Of a stretch of DNA of 64,000 bases, positions 18,784 to 28,979 are shown piece by piece. The position numbers were made by a program, and so were the translations under genes. Position 1 is the first letter of the stretch. The number at the start of each line of letters is the position of its first letter. Location of the stretch: assembly GCA_963710605.1 (NCBI GenBank), contig CAVQBA010000004.1, positions 1,024,001-1,088,000 on the forward strand, read 5' to 3'. Origin of the DNA: an uncultured cyanobacterium (GTDB lineage: Bacteria; Cyanobacteriota; Cyanobacteriia; Cyanobacteriales; Cyanobacteriaceae). Under the pieces are notes generated by a model. That model made no database searches and was not told the origin of the DNA. It worked only from the letters and a program-made list of their open reading frames with translations.

Positions 18784-21027
18784 TTACTTACTAACTAAAG
18801 GTTCGAGTATTTCTCTCTCTTCTCTAGCCAATTTCAATAAGACTCTTCTGTCTCCTTTTGTTTCTTTATATTCCACTGCTGTTTTTAATAAACGTAAAGC
18901 AATTGATAATTCTGGTTTATCTCCTACTATAGATTGCCATGTTTCTAACCAAGTACGAGCTAATTTATCGCTTACCATTTCTGACATCAAGTTAGGAATA
19001 TTATCGACAATTCCTTTACTTAAAGCAGAAATCACTAGGTGTTCATCATAAATTTTGACCAGAGTTTTAAGGCGAGATTTCCAAAGATTAATATCTGTGG
19101 TGCTATTCCAGATAATTTTGATATATTCAGTCGTATCTCCTGTATGGGATTCTTCTTCATGGGCAAAGCGATTTAGGGCATCATCTAATTCTTGAAATCC
19201 TTCTTGCCAATTGTTTAATTGAAATATTGCTTTAATACGGTCGAACCAAACGTAATAATTATCTGGTTGGATTGTGATGACTTGCTCGTAAGAAGTAATT
19301 ACTTCTTGATATCTTTTTAATTCATATAATGTAAGACCAAGATTATACCAAGCATAATAATTACTCGGATTAATTTCTATGGCTGTTTGATAATAAACAA
19401 TTGCTTCGTCATATCTTCTCAATTGATACAATAGAAATCCACAGTTATTAAACACATCATAATTATTTGAGTTGATTTGGATGGCTTTTTGATAAGAGGT
19501 AAATGCTTCGTCATATCTTTTTAAATCAAATAAGCTACAACCACGGTTATTCCAAGATTCAAAGTCATCTGGTTTAATTTTGATTACTTGTTCGTAACAA
19601 GTGATAGCTTCTTCATGTTTTTCTTGTCTATCCAATGCAACACCAAAGTTATACCAAATATTAGGATTACGATCGTCATTTTTAATTGCTTCGTAAAATA
19701 ACTCTGAAGCCTCTTCCCAATTTTCTCCTTTAGCTTGTTGAACAGCCGAAAATATTAAATTATCACTATTTTCTTTAATAGTTAAAACACGATCGATATA
19801 TTCTCTCTCTAAACAATATTCTGGCAATAACTTTAATTTTGCTTTCAACTCTTCTTCTGTGTACCAGCTCCTCAAAAAATCAATCAACAATTTAATTGGT
19901 TCACCTCGTTGCTTTTTCATTTCTAAACATATACGCATTAAAGGCTCTTGTAATTCATAAAAAGATTCTCTACCTAGTGATTCTTTTGTTACGTAACCTT
20001 TAGTTAATAAATCTTTTAACTGACTAGATGCCGTTTGATGGGTAATAAAACAACGCCTAGCAATCTCTTTAACTGATAAACGACCACCTTTATCGCAAAG
20101 CAATTCAATAATTTTTCTTTGTTGCGATGATAACCATTGCATCTTCGCTTGATAATAAGGGGTTAACTCATCTAAAGTTTGCATTACAGATTTAACTAAC
20201 TCGTCTAAAGAATTACGAGTCAAAAATTGGGAAAAAATAATATAAACTCGATGATTACCATTGGTTAAATTATGAATTGCTTGGATACGATCTTTTCCTG
20301 TAGTCGATTTAATAAAAGATTCTAATTCTCTGTCTTCTTGTACTTGAGCTATTTTACTTAATAAATTAGTAGCTTCTTCGATCGTTAATTTATCTAAATA
20401 TTGCGGAGCAAAAAAACCATAAAAAGGAGAATCTTTTTTACTAACTCCTGTAAACAAACTTTGACTGGTTGCAATAATAGTAATAAGGTTGTGATTTTGT
20501 AAATAAGCCCGAAATTGTTTTTGTCCGATATTACCTAAACCATTAAAAATTTCATCGAGGTTTTCGGTTAGTAATAGTAAAGTTCGATCGCTAATAAACT
20601 CTTTAAGTATTTTTTCGGCTTGACTAGTAGCATCTTCTGAAGATAGTTGATATAAAGATTCAACTTCAGTTTGTAACGTCTTTTGGTAATCTTGTGGATA
20701 TTCAATCTCTAAAGCCTTAAATATCCTCAGTAGTAAATCTAACCACGAACTAACTCCCCATTCTTCTTCTTTGAGCCAAGCAATTAATAACTTATCTTGT
20801 AAATCTGTTTGACTTTTAAGGCGGTGATAAGTTAGAGCAATGGTATGAGTTTTGCCAATACCTCTCATGCCAATCAATAAACGAAAATGTTTATTAGCGG
20901 TTTCGGCACTTTCACGAACTGATTCGATTAAATCTGCTACTAATTTATGTCTTTGCACAAATATAGCTTCTAAAGTAGCTGAAGACATCAAGCTGGGGGT
21001 AAAACTGGAAAGAAAGTTGTTATTCAT
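18784..21027 (-). CDS. STAND/AAA-like ATPase with winged HTH, TPR repeats and a C-terminal helical domain
   Basis: Walker A GMRGIGKT, Walker B region LLLLTENLDE, wHTH LSVKEIARRCFITHQTASSQLKDL, ~5 TPRs (WYNFGVAL, WNNRGCSL, WYNLGLTL). Confidence 0.85.
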   Translation of the reverse strand: MNNNFLSSFTPSLMSSATLEAIFVQRHKLVADLIESVRESAETANKHFRLLIGMRGIGKTHTIALTYHRLKSQTDLQDKLLIAWLKEEEWGVSSWLDLLLRIFKALEIEYPQDYQKTLQTEVESLYQLSSEDATSQAEKILKEFISDRTLLLLTENLDEIFNGLGNIGQKQFRAYLQNHNLITIIATSQSLFTGVSKKDSPFYGFFAPQYLDKLTIEEATNLLSKIAQVQEDRELESFIKSTTGKDRIQAIHNLTNGNHRVYIIFSQFLTRNSLDELVKSVMQTLDELTPYYQAKMQWLSSQQRKIIELLCDKGGRLSVKEIARRCFITHQTASSQLKDLLTKGYVTKESLGRESFYELQEPLMRICLEMKKQRGEPIKLLIDFLRSWYTEEELKAKLKLLPEYCLEREYIDRVLTIKENSDNLIFSAVQQAKGENWEEASELFYEAIKNDDRNPNIWYNFGVALDRQEKHEEAITCYEQVIKIKPDDFESWNNRGCSLFDLKRYDEAFTSYQKAIQINSNNYDVFNNCGFLLYQLRRYDEAIVYYQTAIEINPSNYYAWYNLGLTLYELKRYQEVITSYEQVITIQPDNYYVWFDRIKAIFQLNNWQEGFQELDDALNRFAHEEESHTGDTTEYIKIIWNSTTDINLWKSRLKTLVKIYDEHLVISALSKGIVDNIPNLMSEMVSDKLARTWLETWQSIVGDKPELSIALRLLKTAVEYKETKGDRRVLLKLAREEREILEPLVSK

Positions 21028-21040
21028 AGTAATAAATTCT

Positions 21041-21202
21041 GTAGGGGTGCAAGGTTTGCACCCTTAATATGACAAGATAGAAAATTTTGGTTGATGAGGT
21101 TATTTATGGTTTTGGGTTGAATGATATTTGGGTTGAATGATATTTGGGTTGAATGATATTTGGGTTGAATGATATTTGGGTTGAATGATATTCAACCCCT
21201 AC
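21041..21202. repeat. Inverted REP pair with a 5x16-bp tandem array
   Basis: GTAGGGGTGCAAGGTTTGCACCCT (21041-21064); (TTTGGGTTGAATGATA)x5 at 21111-21190 ending in the hairpin GGGTTGAAT-GAT-ATTCAACCC-CTAC. Confidence 0.9.
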
Positions 21203-21220
21203 GAAAGAATCTTGTATTGG

Positions 21221-22363
21221 TTATAATCCTCTCGATAACTCCCAATATTTTTGAACTATTTGATAACGAAATCCGTAAGTTTTACCCTGCCCAATTAGAT
21301 AATAATCTTTGAGTAATAATCTTAAAATGTCTCGTGTTGTTTCCTTGTCTGCCGTCTCGTTATCTAAAGCTAATCTGTTGTACAAATCCTGAAAAGATAA
21401 AGCTGTTTCGATCGCTAAAATATCTAAAATATTGAGGGCGTATGTTCGTTTTTCTGATTCGTAGTAATTATCAATTCTGTCACGATAATGATCCATTTTC
21501 CAAGGGTTGAGAGGATTAAGCAACGAATTATTAACTGCTTGTGTGACAGTATCACAATTTATTTCACCATCCATAAATTTAAGCTCACTTATTAAATGAT
21601 GAATATAAAAGGGAATACGATCGACTGATTTAGCAATTTCTTGAGCTATGATTTGAGTATCATTACTTTGAATCTTTTCTCCTTCAATCAAACTAGTTGC
21701 TAAGTTGATTGCATCTGTTGAAGATAAAGGTGGTACATCGATCGGATACATATCGTTAGTTGGCTCGTTACTATAGCCTTTTTGCTGTAATTGTTTCACC
21801 ACATGATGCAAACCAATAGAGCCTGTAAATACCATCCTGATATTAGGATAAGTTTGACGAAGCGATCGTAATGTATCTAAAACTTCCATTGCCAATTCAT
21901 CGCCAATATTATTAAGCATATAGGGCATCTCATCCCAAAGAAAAATTACCTGACGCTCTTGATTTGTAACTAAATCTTCGATCGTTTTGGTTAATAATGT
22001 TTTCCAATGAGTAGCGGCAATTTTAGGAAACTTAAAACCACTAAATTCAATCCCTTCTAAATTGCTCACAAAATCTCTAACCCGTCTGGCTTTACCTTTT
22101 TTACTAAGATACTTTTCTACATCTAGCCAAATTAATTCTACAAACTCAATAGGCGATCGTACACCTTCCAAATCTCGATAAACTGTTAATTTACTCTCCT
22201 CTACTTCTGCTTGCATCTTCTTAATGACGGTGGTTTTACCCATACGTCTTTCGGCACTTAGGATTATGCTTTGCTGTTCCAATTTTTGCCAGATTTGAGC
22301 AATTAACTTGTCTCTCCCAATTACGTTTTGAGGTGCAACAATTCCCCCTGGATTAGCTTTCAT
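21221..22363 (-). CDS. Stand-alone STAND/AAA-like (archaeal ATPase-type) ATP-binding protein
   Basis: VIGRD, Walker A SAERRMGKTT, Walker B IFLWDE, MVFTGSIGL, C-terminal winged-helix-like region. Confidence 0.85.
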   Translation of the reverse strand: MKANPGGIVAPQNVIGRDKLIAQIWQKLEQQSIILSAERRMGKTTVIKKMQAEVEESKLTVYRDLEGVRSPIEFVELIWLDVEKYLSKKGKARRVRDFVSNLEGIEFSGFKFPKIAATHWKTLLTKTIEDLVTNQERQVIFLWDEMPYMLNNIGDELAMEVLDTLRSLRQTYPNIRMVFTGSIGLHHVVKQLQQKGYSNEPTNDMYPIDVPPLSSTDAINLATSLIEGEKIQSNDTQIIAQEIAKSVDRIPFYIHHLISELKFMDGEINCDTVTQAVNNSLLNPLNPWKMDHYRDRIDNYYESEKRTYALNILDILAIETALSFQDLYNRLALDNETADKETTRDILRLLLKDYYLIGQGKTYGFRYQIVQKYWELSRGL

Positions 22364-22607
22364 TTTTTTGTACGATCAAATTAATATACGTTATTTTTAT
22401 TGTACGTTATTTTAAACGTATTAATAAAATTTTGAGTAAAATGAACCGATTGACGATCTATTTAAAAGTCTCTTTTTGATAAGGGGAGAAACACGAGGGG
22501 TTGTATTTAGGAGAAAAAACGATCGTATTTGAGCTACTTACATCAACCAAAACTCATCTTCTAATTTGAGTTATAATCAATTTTGGTTGCTAATCAAAAT
22601 ATAAAGA

Positions 22608-22709
22608 ATGAATAAAACTGATTGCTTAGGTTTGTTTATCGGTACTTTAGGTTTAAGTTTGACGACACAAATCGCTATTTTATTCTGGTATTACCCATAT
22701 TCTAATTGA
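22608..22709 (+). CDS. Candidate 33-aa single-TM small protein
   Basis: MNKTDCLGLFIGTLGLSLTTQIAILFWYYPYSN; TATAAT at 22572-22577 upstream. Confidence 0.35.
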   Translation: MNKTDCLGLFIGTLGLSLTTQIAILFWYYPYSN

Positions 22710-23452
22710 TGTATCAATGCTGTAACTAGCGATAAATTCTCGATCGTTTTTTCGTGCTTAGATACATTTATTTTTGTTTAATTACTACACATATTGCACC
22801 TAAAACAAAATTTTTGTAGCGTCAGTTGAGTCTTTGAGAGATTAATCTCTAACTAATAAATGACAAAAGTCTAACCAAGCAAGCATCAAAGTTTTACCAT
22901 AAAAAAGTTGAAAGACTATATTTGCGACAGTACTTTCAACTAATAAATAAAAATAGCAAGGAAAATTTAATTGTTAACTAATAACTTGTGGAGATAAATT
23001 AGTTCGATCAAAATTAGTTGGCTCATTGTTAATGTAGCTAAAGACTACAGCTAAATTTAGAGTACGATTATTTGAAATATTTTGAGTAGCAATTTTATTG
23101 ATTACACTTGAGTCTGTTTTGTTAGTTATTTTCATACTCTCTAATAATCATAGAATAAAACAAATGCTATCTTTTTTAAAATAGATAAATATCTATGCTC
23201 AATTTATAACATATTAATCTCAATCAAAGCAATATTTTATTATTCAGGATTACTAATTGTCTTAACAAGCTGAGGTTATCTATTATCATCATGAATATTT
23301 TTGGTAAAGTACAATCGATTGGGAAATCATGATTAATTTAGTCTCATTCAGATATAGCCAAACAATGAACTAAGTATTTTCATTGAAGATAAAAGATATA
23401 ATATAGTATAGGTCGGCAGTTATCGCCAAAAATCATCAATCATCCCTTAATA

Positions 23453-24593
23453 ATGTATTTGGAGCAAATCAAATTAAGTTATTTTCGTAACTACATAGAA
23501 GAAACAATTAACTTTGATAGCAATAAAATAATTATCTTAGGCGAAAATGCTCAAGGAAAATCTAATTTATTAGAAGCAATTCAATTATTATCCACTCTTA
23601 AAAGCTACCGCACCAGTAAAGACCAAGATTTAGTTTATCAAGATAGGTTATACGCCAAGATAAACGCTGAAGTGAAAAAAAAATATTCTAATTACAATTT
23701 AGGAATTAAAATTCCTCACAAAGGAAGAAAACAACTTGATGTCAATCAAGAAAAAAAATCACGTCAAATAGATTTTTTAGGAATAGTTAATACGGTATCA
23801 TTTTCTAGTATAGATTTAGATTTAGTCAGAGGAACTCCCGAATATAGAAGAAATTGGGTTGATAATTTGTTAATTCAATTAGAACCTGTTTATGCTTATA
23901 TTCTTAAACAATATCAACAAATATTGAAACAAAGAAATGCACTTTTAAAACAGCTTAAAAAACAACAAGTTGACAAATACGATCGTACTTTATCTGATGT
24001 GGCTAAAATACAACTAACAATTTGGGATGAAAAACTGGTAGAAACAGCCTGTAGAGTAACTAGAAGAAGAAATAGAGTTTTACAAAAACTAGAACCTTTA
24101 GCTAAATTTTGGCATCAGCAAATCAGTAATAATCAAGAACAATTAGGATTAATTTATCTTCCTAATGTTGAGTATCATCAAGATGATTTGGCAAAAATTA
24201 AAATGCAAATAGCGATCGCAATAGAAGAAAAACGCTCAGCAGAATTAGCTTTAGGAACAACATTGGTAGGCACCTCATCGTGATGATGTACAATTTATTG
24301 TTGATCACATTCCTGCTAAAAATTATGGCTCGCAAGGGCAACAACGAACCTTGGTTTTATCTTTGAAATTAGCTGAACTACAATTGATTGAAGAAATAAT
24401 TGGTGAACCACCTTTATTGCTACTAGATGATGTGATGGCAGAATTAGACTTAAAAAGACAACAGCAACTGCTTGATTCAATTGGTAATCGTTTTCAAACT
24501 GTAATTACAACTACTCATCTGAATTATTTTGAAGAACAATTGTTAAAGCAATCACAAATCTTTCAGGTTAAAAAAGGCAAGATTAGTCTTTAA
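23453..24593 (+). CDS. recF: DNA replication/repair protein RecF (apparent +1 frameshift at 24271)
   Basis: [35 protein letters not shown]; removing C24271 restores GTTLVGPHRDD. Confidence 0.93.
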
Positions 24594-24913
24594 TAAATTA
24601 TAATGTATTTGTTTTTTATTAAGTAAGACTAACAATACAACTAAACAGTGTTTATCTTAATTATTATCGATGTTTAATAATCAAAGATAATAACTTTAAC
24701 TATAAATTTTCACGAGAATACTTTTTGAGTTAAGATTATTAAGAATGATTACAACAATGATAGTTAGATATGCTAGATAATCTTTAAATTGGTTCTAGAT
24801 TAAAATAATGATTTTAATTAAATTAAGATACAAGATCAACGTAAAAATCGAACTTAGATTGTAGTTTTGTCTAGTATGATGTTTTGTTTGTGATAGTCAA
24901 CCATCTAAATCCT

Positions 24914-25873
24914 ATGACCGATTATAATCCGCAGAATTTTTTTATCTTTGCGGTAGATGACAACTCTGTAAATCGTATTTTATTAAAAAAAATATTAAAC
25001 AAAAAAGGTTATCGAACTGAAATCTTAGCTGATAGCCTAGACGTAATACCTTGGTTAGAAAAAAATGACAATGATCAACCAGATTTAATTCTTTTAGATT
25101 TGATGATGCCGAAAATGAATGGCTTGGAATTGTGTCAAAAAGTGAAGGAAAATCCTTGTTTAGAAGAAATACCAATTATTTTTATTACTGCGAGTAGCGA
25201 AAAAGAAGATATTTTGAAAGCTTTTGATTTAGGTGCTGTAGATTATATTCTTAAACCTTTTCATAATCAAGAATTACTAGCGCGTGTCAAAATTCATTTA
25301 GACTTAAAATTTACTAGAGATGAATTAAATAAAACGTTAAAAAAGCTTGAAACGCTAGCCATTACCGATGATTTGACTAGTATTTACAACCGTCGTCATT
25401 TTACTGAGTTAGCACAAAGAGAATTTGGTTTAGCACAAAGACAAAAAAGAGCTTTTTCATTATTGATTTTAGATATTGACTTTTTTAAAAATATTAATGA
25501 TTCTTATGGGCATTTAAGTGGTGATTGTGTTATAAAATCGATCGCTCAAGAATGTGTTAATTCTTTGCGTCAAGAAGATTTGTGTGCTAGATGGGGCGGA
25601 GAAGAATTTATTATTTTTTTGTCGGCAACTTCTTTAAATGAGGCAATAGTCGTCGCTAATCGTTTGCGTGAGCAAATAGAAAACAAAACTTTTGTCTTCG
25701 ATCAGAATTCTCATCAGCAAGTTACGGTAAGTATTGGTGTTTCTACTTATCATTTTGATGATCAAGAATTGAATCAAATTATTTCTCGAGCTGATTTAGC
25801 TTTATATCACGGTAAACAGACAGGTAAAAATAAGGTTATCTCCGAAAATTTTGTAATTACTTCTGGAGAATAA
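24914..25873 (+). CDS. Response regulator diguanylate cyclase (REC-GGDEF)
   Basis: AVDD, DLILLDLMMP, KPF, RWGGEEF; ATG at 24914 preferred over the upstream TTG. Confidence 0.92.
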   Translation: MTDYNPQNFFIFAVDDNSVNRILLKKILNKKGYRTEILADSLDVIPWLEKNDNDQPDLILLDLMMPKMNGLELCQKVKENPCLEEIPIIFITASSEKEDILKAFDLGAVDYILKPFHNQELLARVKIHLDLKFTRDELNKTLKKLETLAITDDLTSIYNRRHFTELAQREFGLAQRQKRAFSLLILDIDFFKNINDSYGHLSGDCVIKSIAQECVNSLRQEDLCARWGGEEFIIFLSATSLNEAIVVANRLREQIENKTFVFDQNSHQQVTVSIGVSTYHFDDQELNQIISRADLALYHGKQTGKNKVISENFVITSGE

Positions 25874-26005
25874 AAACTTTTTTCTTCATAATGATCAGTT
25901 TTTTTTATTTTTGTTAGTAACTATATAAGCGTTTTCTCGGCACTCGATCGTAATTTATCAATAATTACATCCGATTAGATTTTATTTCTTATTTGTCAGC
26001 AAGAT

Positions 26006-26413
26006 TTAATTAGATGATTGCTCAACTCTTTTTTCTATATCTTCAAATGTATTCAAGAGTAGTCTTTTTGCTTCGAGTCTCCAACCTAATTTTTGTATTT
26101 TGATAGCTAAAGGAATAGCAATTGCCGGGGCGATAAAGTCTAAATATTGTTGAGAAGAAATACCAAATAATAAACCCAAACCACCAATACCCCAAAAAGG
26201 TAATGCCCATGTCTGACGACTTTTTTCAATACTTTTTTCCCAGAAGGTTTGTGGCATTTGGGCTAATAATTCTGTTTTTAATTTTTTTTGTTCGACAAAA
26301 TTAAGCGAAATACCAATCTTGCGTCTTAATTTTTCTATTTTTCTAGCATCTGTACTATATTCTATTAATTGGTCTTCTGCTAAAAGAATTAAATTTTCTA
26401 AGGTAAGAGGCAT
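26006..26413 (-). CDS. Conserved cyanobacterial hypothetical membrane protein
   Basis: 135 aa with two hydrophobic segments (ALPFWGIGGLGLLFGIS; FIAPAIAIPLAI). Confidence 0.7.
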   Translation of the reverse strand: MPLTLENLILLAEDQLIEYSTDARKIEKLRRKIGISLNFVEQKKLKTELLAQMPQTFWEKSIEKSRQTWALPFWGIGGLGLLFGISSQQYLDFIAPAIAIPLAIKIQKLGWRLEAKRLLLNTFEDIEKRVEQSSN

Positions 26414-26561
26414 TTTTATTTATGACCATTAAACTATATAGGGTTTATTTTATCATTGTTTAATAATCAATCATTAGTTATTAAAGTAATTAACATTAGG
26501 AAAGAATAAAAGAGTAAAGAGTATTAATTGTTAGTTGTTCATTGTTCATTGTTCACTCTTT

Positions 26562-27389
26562 ATGACCTATTTAGTGTACGATCGTACATATTTCGCTCAA
26601 TCATCAATGTTTGCCAAAATTTTCCTCTTCTTTTTTTTAGTTTTCAATCTGGTTTTACTCAATCCTGTATCCGCTCACGCAACTAACCTCAACGAGCGTA
26701 TTAATCAATATCCGCAATGGAATAGCAAAATATCTTTACCTCAACCAGACAGAGATTTGATTTTTCCTGATTGGTTTGCGGGTAGATGGCAAGTTACAAG
26801 TATTTTAGAAGAGCAAATTGCGCCTCTCGCACCTCGATTTGAAACCCCCGGATTTAACCAAAATGAACAATATCTACACCAAATAGTTAATTTTGATGTG
26901 CAATATATTCCCGTAATTGAATTACCAAAAAGAGATAACTTTGTACCTACTGTTGTTAATTCAGCAGAGGTTATTATTGCCGATCGAGTTTTTAATGGTT
27001 TATCGATCGCAAAAGCATATTTAGGTCAAGATAATGCCATAAAAGTTATCGCTAATCCTAATAATTCAACTGAACAAATAACCACATTTAGTCAAAATAA
27101 CCAACTAATTTCAACAGTAATTGGTCGGCAACAAGAACAAACTTCTGAGGAAGAATTTACGACAAGTGAATTAACAAGCCAGTTTTTTCGTCGTTTAGAT
27201 AATATTTATTTAAACATTGTTGAAAATACCACAAAATATCATTTGGTTAAGCCTAATTTAATTGAAGCAATACAAGTTTCCGCTGTTTATTTATCACCTA
27301 AAGATCCTGATTATTTTGTAGCGATCGATAAACCTGTTGCTTTATATTACTATACTTTAAAACTTAAAAAATTGCCTAATAAATTATAA
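26562..27389 (+). CDS. DUF6816-like secreted hypothetical protein
   Basis: Signal-like segment, DLIFPDWFAGRWQVTS, ADRVFNG, AVYLSPKDPDYF; start uncertain (26562 or 26607). Confidence 0.7.
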   Translation: MTYLVYDRTYFAQSSMFAKIFLFFFLVFNLVLLNPVSAHATNLNERINQYPQWNSKISLPQPDRDLIFPDWFAGRWQVTSILEEQIAPLAPRFETPGFNQNEQYLHQIVNFDVQYIPVIELPKRDNFVPTVVNSAEVIIADRVFNGLSIAKAYLGQDNAIKVIANPNNSTEQITTFSQNNQLISTVIGRQQEQTSEEEFTTSELTSQFFRRLDNIYLNIVENTTKYHLVKPNLIEAIQVSAVYLSPKDPDYFVAIDKPVALYYYTLKLKKLPNKL

Positions 27390-27570
27390 TTAATATCTTT
27401 TTGAAAATTAGGTTTTTTATGATTTATTATTAACTAATAAGTAATAATAGCTTCTAGCTATTTTCTTATTTTTGAGAATGAAACAGCCCAGCCCGAAAGC
27501 AAAGGGAAACTTGCTAATTGAAAATGTACCTCACAAAGGTCAAAAGGGCACTCGTGCAAAGGGTAAGTTA

Positions 27571-27690
27571 GGTGGAATGGTGGAATGGTGGAATGGTGGA
27601 ATGGTGTTAAAAAAGGTACTCCATGTAAAAGTTAAATTCACTCATTCTCCTTACTGCTTACTCCTTACTGCTTACTGCTTACTGCTTACT
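27571..27690. repeat. Short tandem repeats (GGTGGAAT)x4 and (TTACTGC/TTACTCC)n, STRR-like
   Basis: Directly visible at 27571-27606 and 27651-27690. Confidence 0.85.
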
Positions 27691-27809
27691 CGACGATAAG
27701 ACTAACTTTTACAAAGAAACTTTCGTGATATTATTCTATAAGGTGTAAGATCCATAAAATTGCGTCCTGATAAAGTTTGATTTAGATACGATCGCAGATT
27801 AATAAATTC

Positions 27810-28655
27810 ATGCTGACTTCTACCAAAGACCTTTTAGAGAAAGCCCAAAAGTATTCCTACGCTGTGGGTGCTTTCAATTTATATAATCTTGAAGGTGCTA
27901 AAGCTGTCGTCAATGCGGCTGAAGCTGATAAGAGTCCCGCAATTATTCAAATTTTGCCCCATATCTTAAAGTATGGCGGTTCGCCTCTAATGGCACTATT
28001 TTTAGAAGCGGCAGACTCAGCAACCGTACCCATGTCAGTTCATTTAGATCATTGTGAAGAACCTGCTATCATCAAAATGGCTTTGGATGCAGGAATACAA
28101 TCTGTTTTGGCAGATGGTTCTAAATTTTCCGATCAAGAAAACCTTGCTTTTACTAGTGAAATGACTGTTCTAGCTCATGCTAACAACGCTACTGTGGAAG
28201 CAGAAATAGGTAGAATTAGCGGTACGGAAGATGGTATGACAGTTGCGGAAAAAGAAGCTAAAATGACCGATCCCGATCGAGCTAAGGAATTTGTTAAAAA
28301 ATCAGGTGTAGATTTTCTTGCTGTTACTATTGGTAATGTTCATGGTAAGTATTATAGCGAACCTAGATTAGATTTTGAGCGTTTAGCTAAAGTTCGTCAG
28401 CAACTCGACATTCCTTTAGTATTACACGGTGCTTCTGGCTTACCCGCTCTGATGATTAAACGATCGATCGAGTTGGGTGTATGTAAGTTTAATGTCAACA
28501 CTGAAGTACGACAAAAATATCTCCAGTTTTGGCGAGAGTATGGAAAAACTGATTCTAAAAGTGATCTTTTAGATTGCCAAAAAGTATCAACGGGTATGAT
28601 GCAAGAGGTTATTGCTCAAAAAATTAGGTTATTTGGTAGTGCAGGTAAAGCTTAG
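27810..28655 (+). CDS. Class II ketose-bisphosphate aldolase (GatY/KbaY-like)
   Basis: AVGAFN, HLDH, DGS, VEAEIG, GNVHG, LVLHGASG, KFNVNTE. Confidence 0.9.
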   Translation: MLTSTKDLLEKAQKYSYAVGAFNLYNLEGAKAVVNAAEADKSPAIIQILPHILKYGGSPLMALFLEAADSATVPMSVHLDHCEEPAIIKMALDAGIQSVLADGSKFSDQENLAFTSEMTVLAHANNATVEAEIGRISGTEDGMTVAEKEAKMTDPDRAKEFVKKSGVDFLAVTIGNVHGKYYSEPRLDFERLAKVRQQLDIPLVLHGASGLPALMIKRSIELGVCKFNVNTEVRQKYLQFWREYGKTDSKSDLLDCQKVSTGMMQEVIAQKIRLFGSAGKA

Positions 28656-28829
28656 TCAGTATTGGAAACGATTTATTAAACAGTGTTAAGTTATTAAGTT
28701 CGTTCATATTCTTCTCACCAATCACCACTGAATTTAGCGAATATGACGATCGGTTGCGATATACTTAATTGATAATTTCTGCATCAGAAGAGAGTAAATC
28801 TATTATTCTCTAAGACATTTATTCGATCG

Positions 28830-28945
28830 TATAGCTAAATAAATTTATAATTGCACTTTTTGTGTTGATGAAAGTCTCCCCCTTTGAAGGGGAGATTTAG
28901 AGGGGTTGGCGAGAGTATAAGTAATCACAAATTCATTCGGCTATA
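28830..28945. mobile_element. TATAGC...GCTATA-bounded MITE-like element
   Basis: TATAGCTAAATAAATTTATAATT / AATCACAAATTCATTCGGCTATA inverted termini; core TCTCCCCCTTTGAAGGGGAGATTTAGAGGGG. Confidence 0.6.
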
Positions 28946-28979
28946 TCAGTAGAACAACACAATTTAAACAAGGAAAAAT

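Noticed and set aside
21111-21190. 16-bp repeats as a CRISPR array
   Set aside because: Head-to-tail with no spacers; derived from a REP arm.
22710-23452. oriC upstream of recF
   Set aside because: No dnaA/dnaN and no evident cluster of DnaA boxes.
4369-24593. groEL, clpB and recF as genuine pseudogenes or programmed frameshift/readthrough genes
   Set aside because: Each has a single lesion with otherwise intact sequence, no slippery site, and the lesions fall in probable methylation motifs; sequencing error is more parsimonious.
27472-27699. 75-aa ORF (and the similar 50215-50400 ORF)
   Set aside because: Translations of STRR and hairpin repeats (WWNGGM, LLTAYC, LLTPYS).
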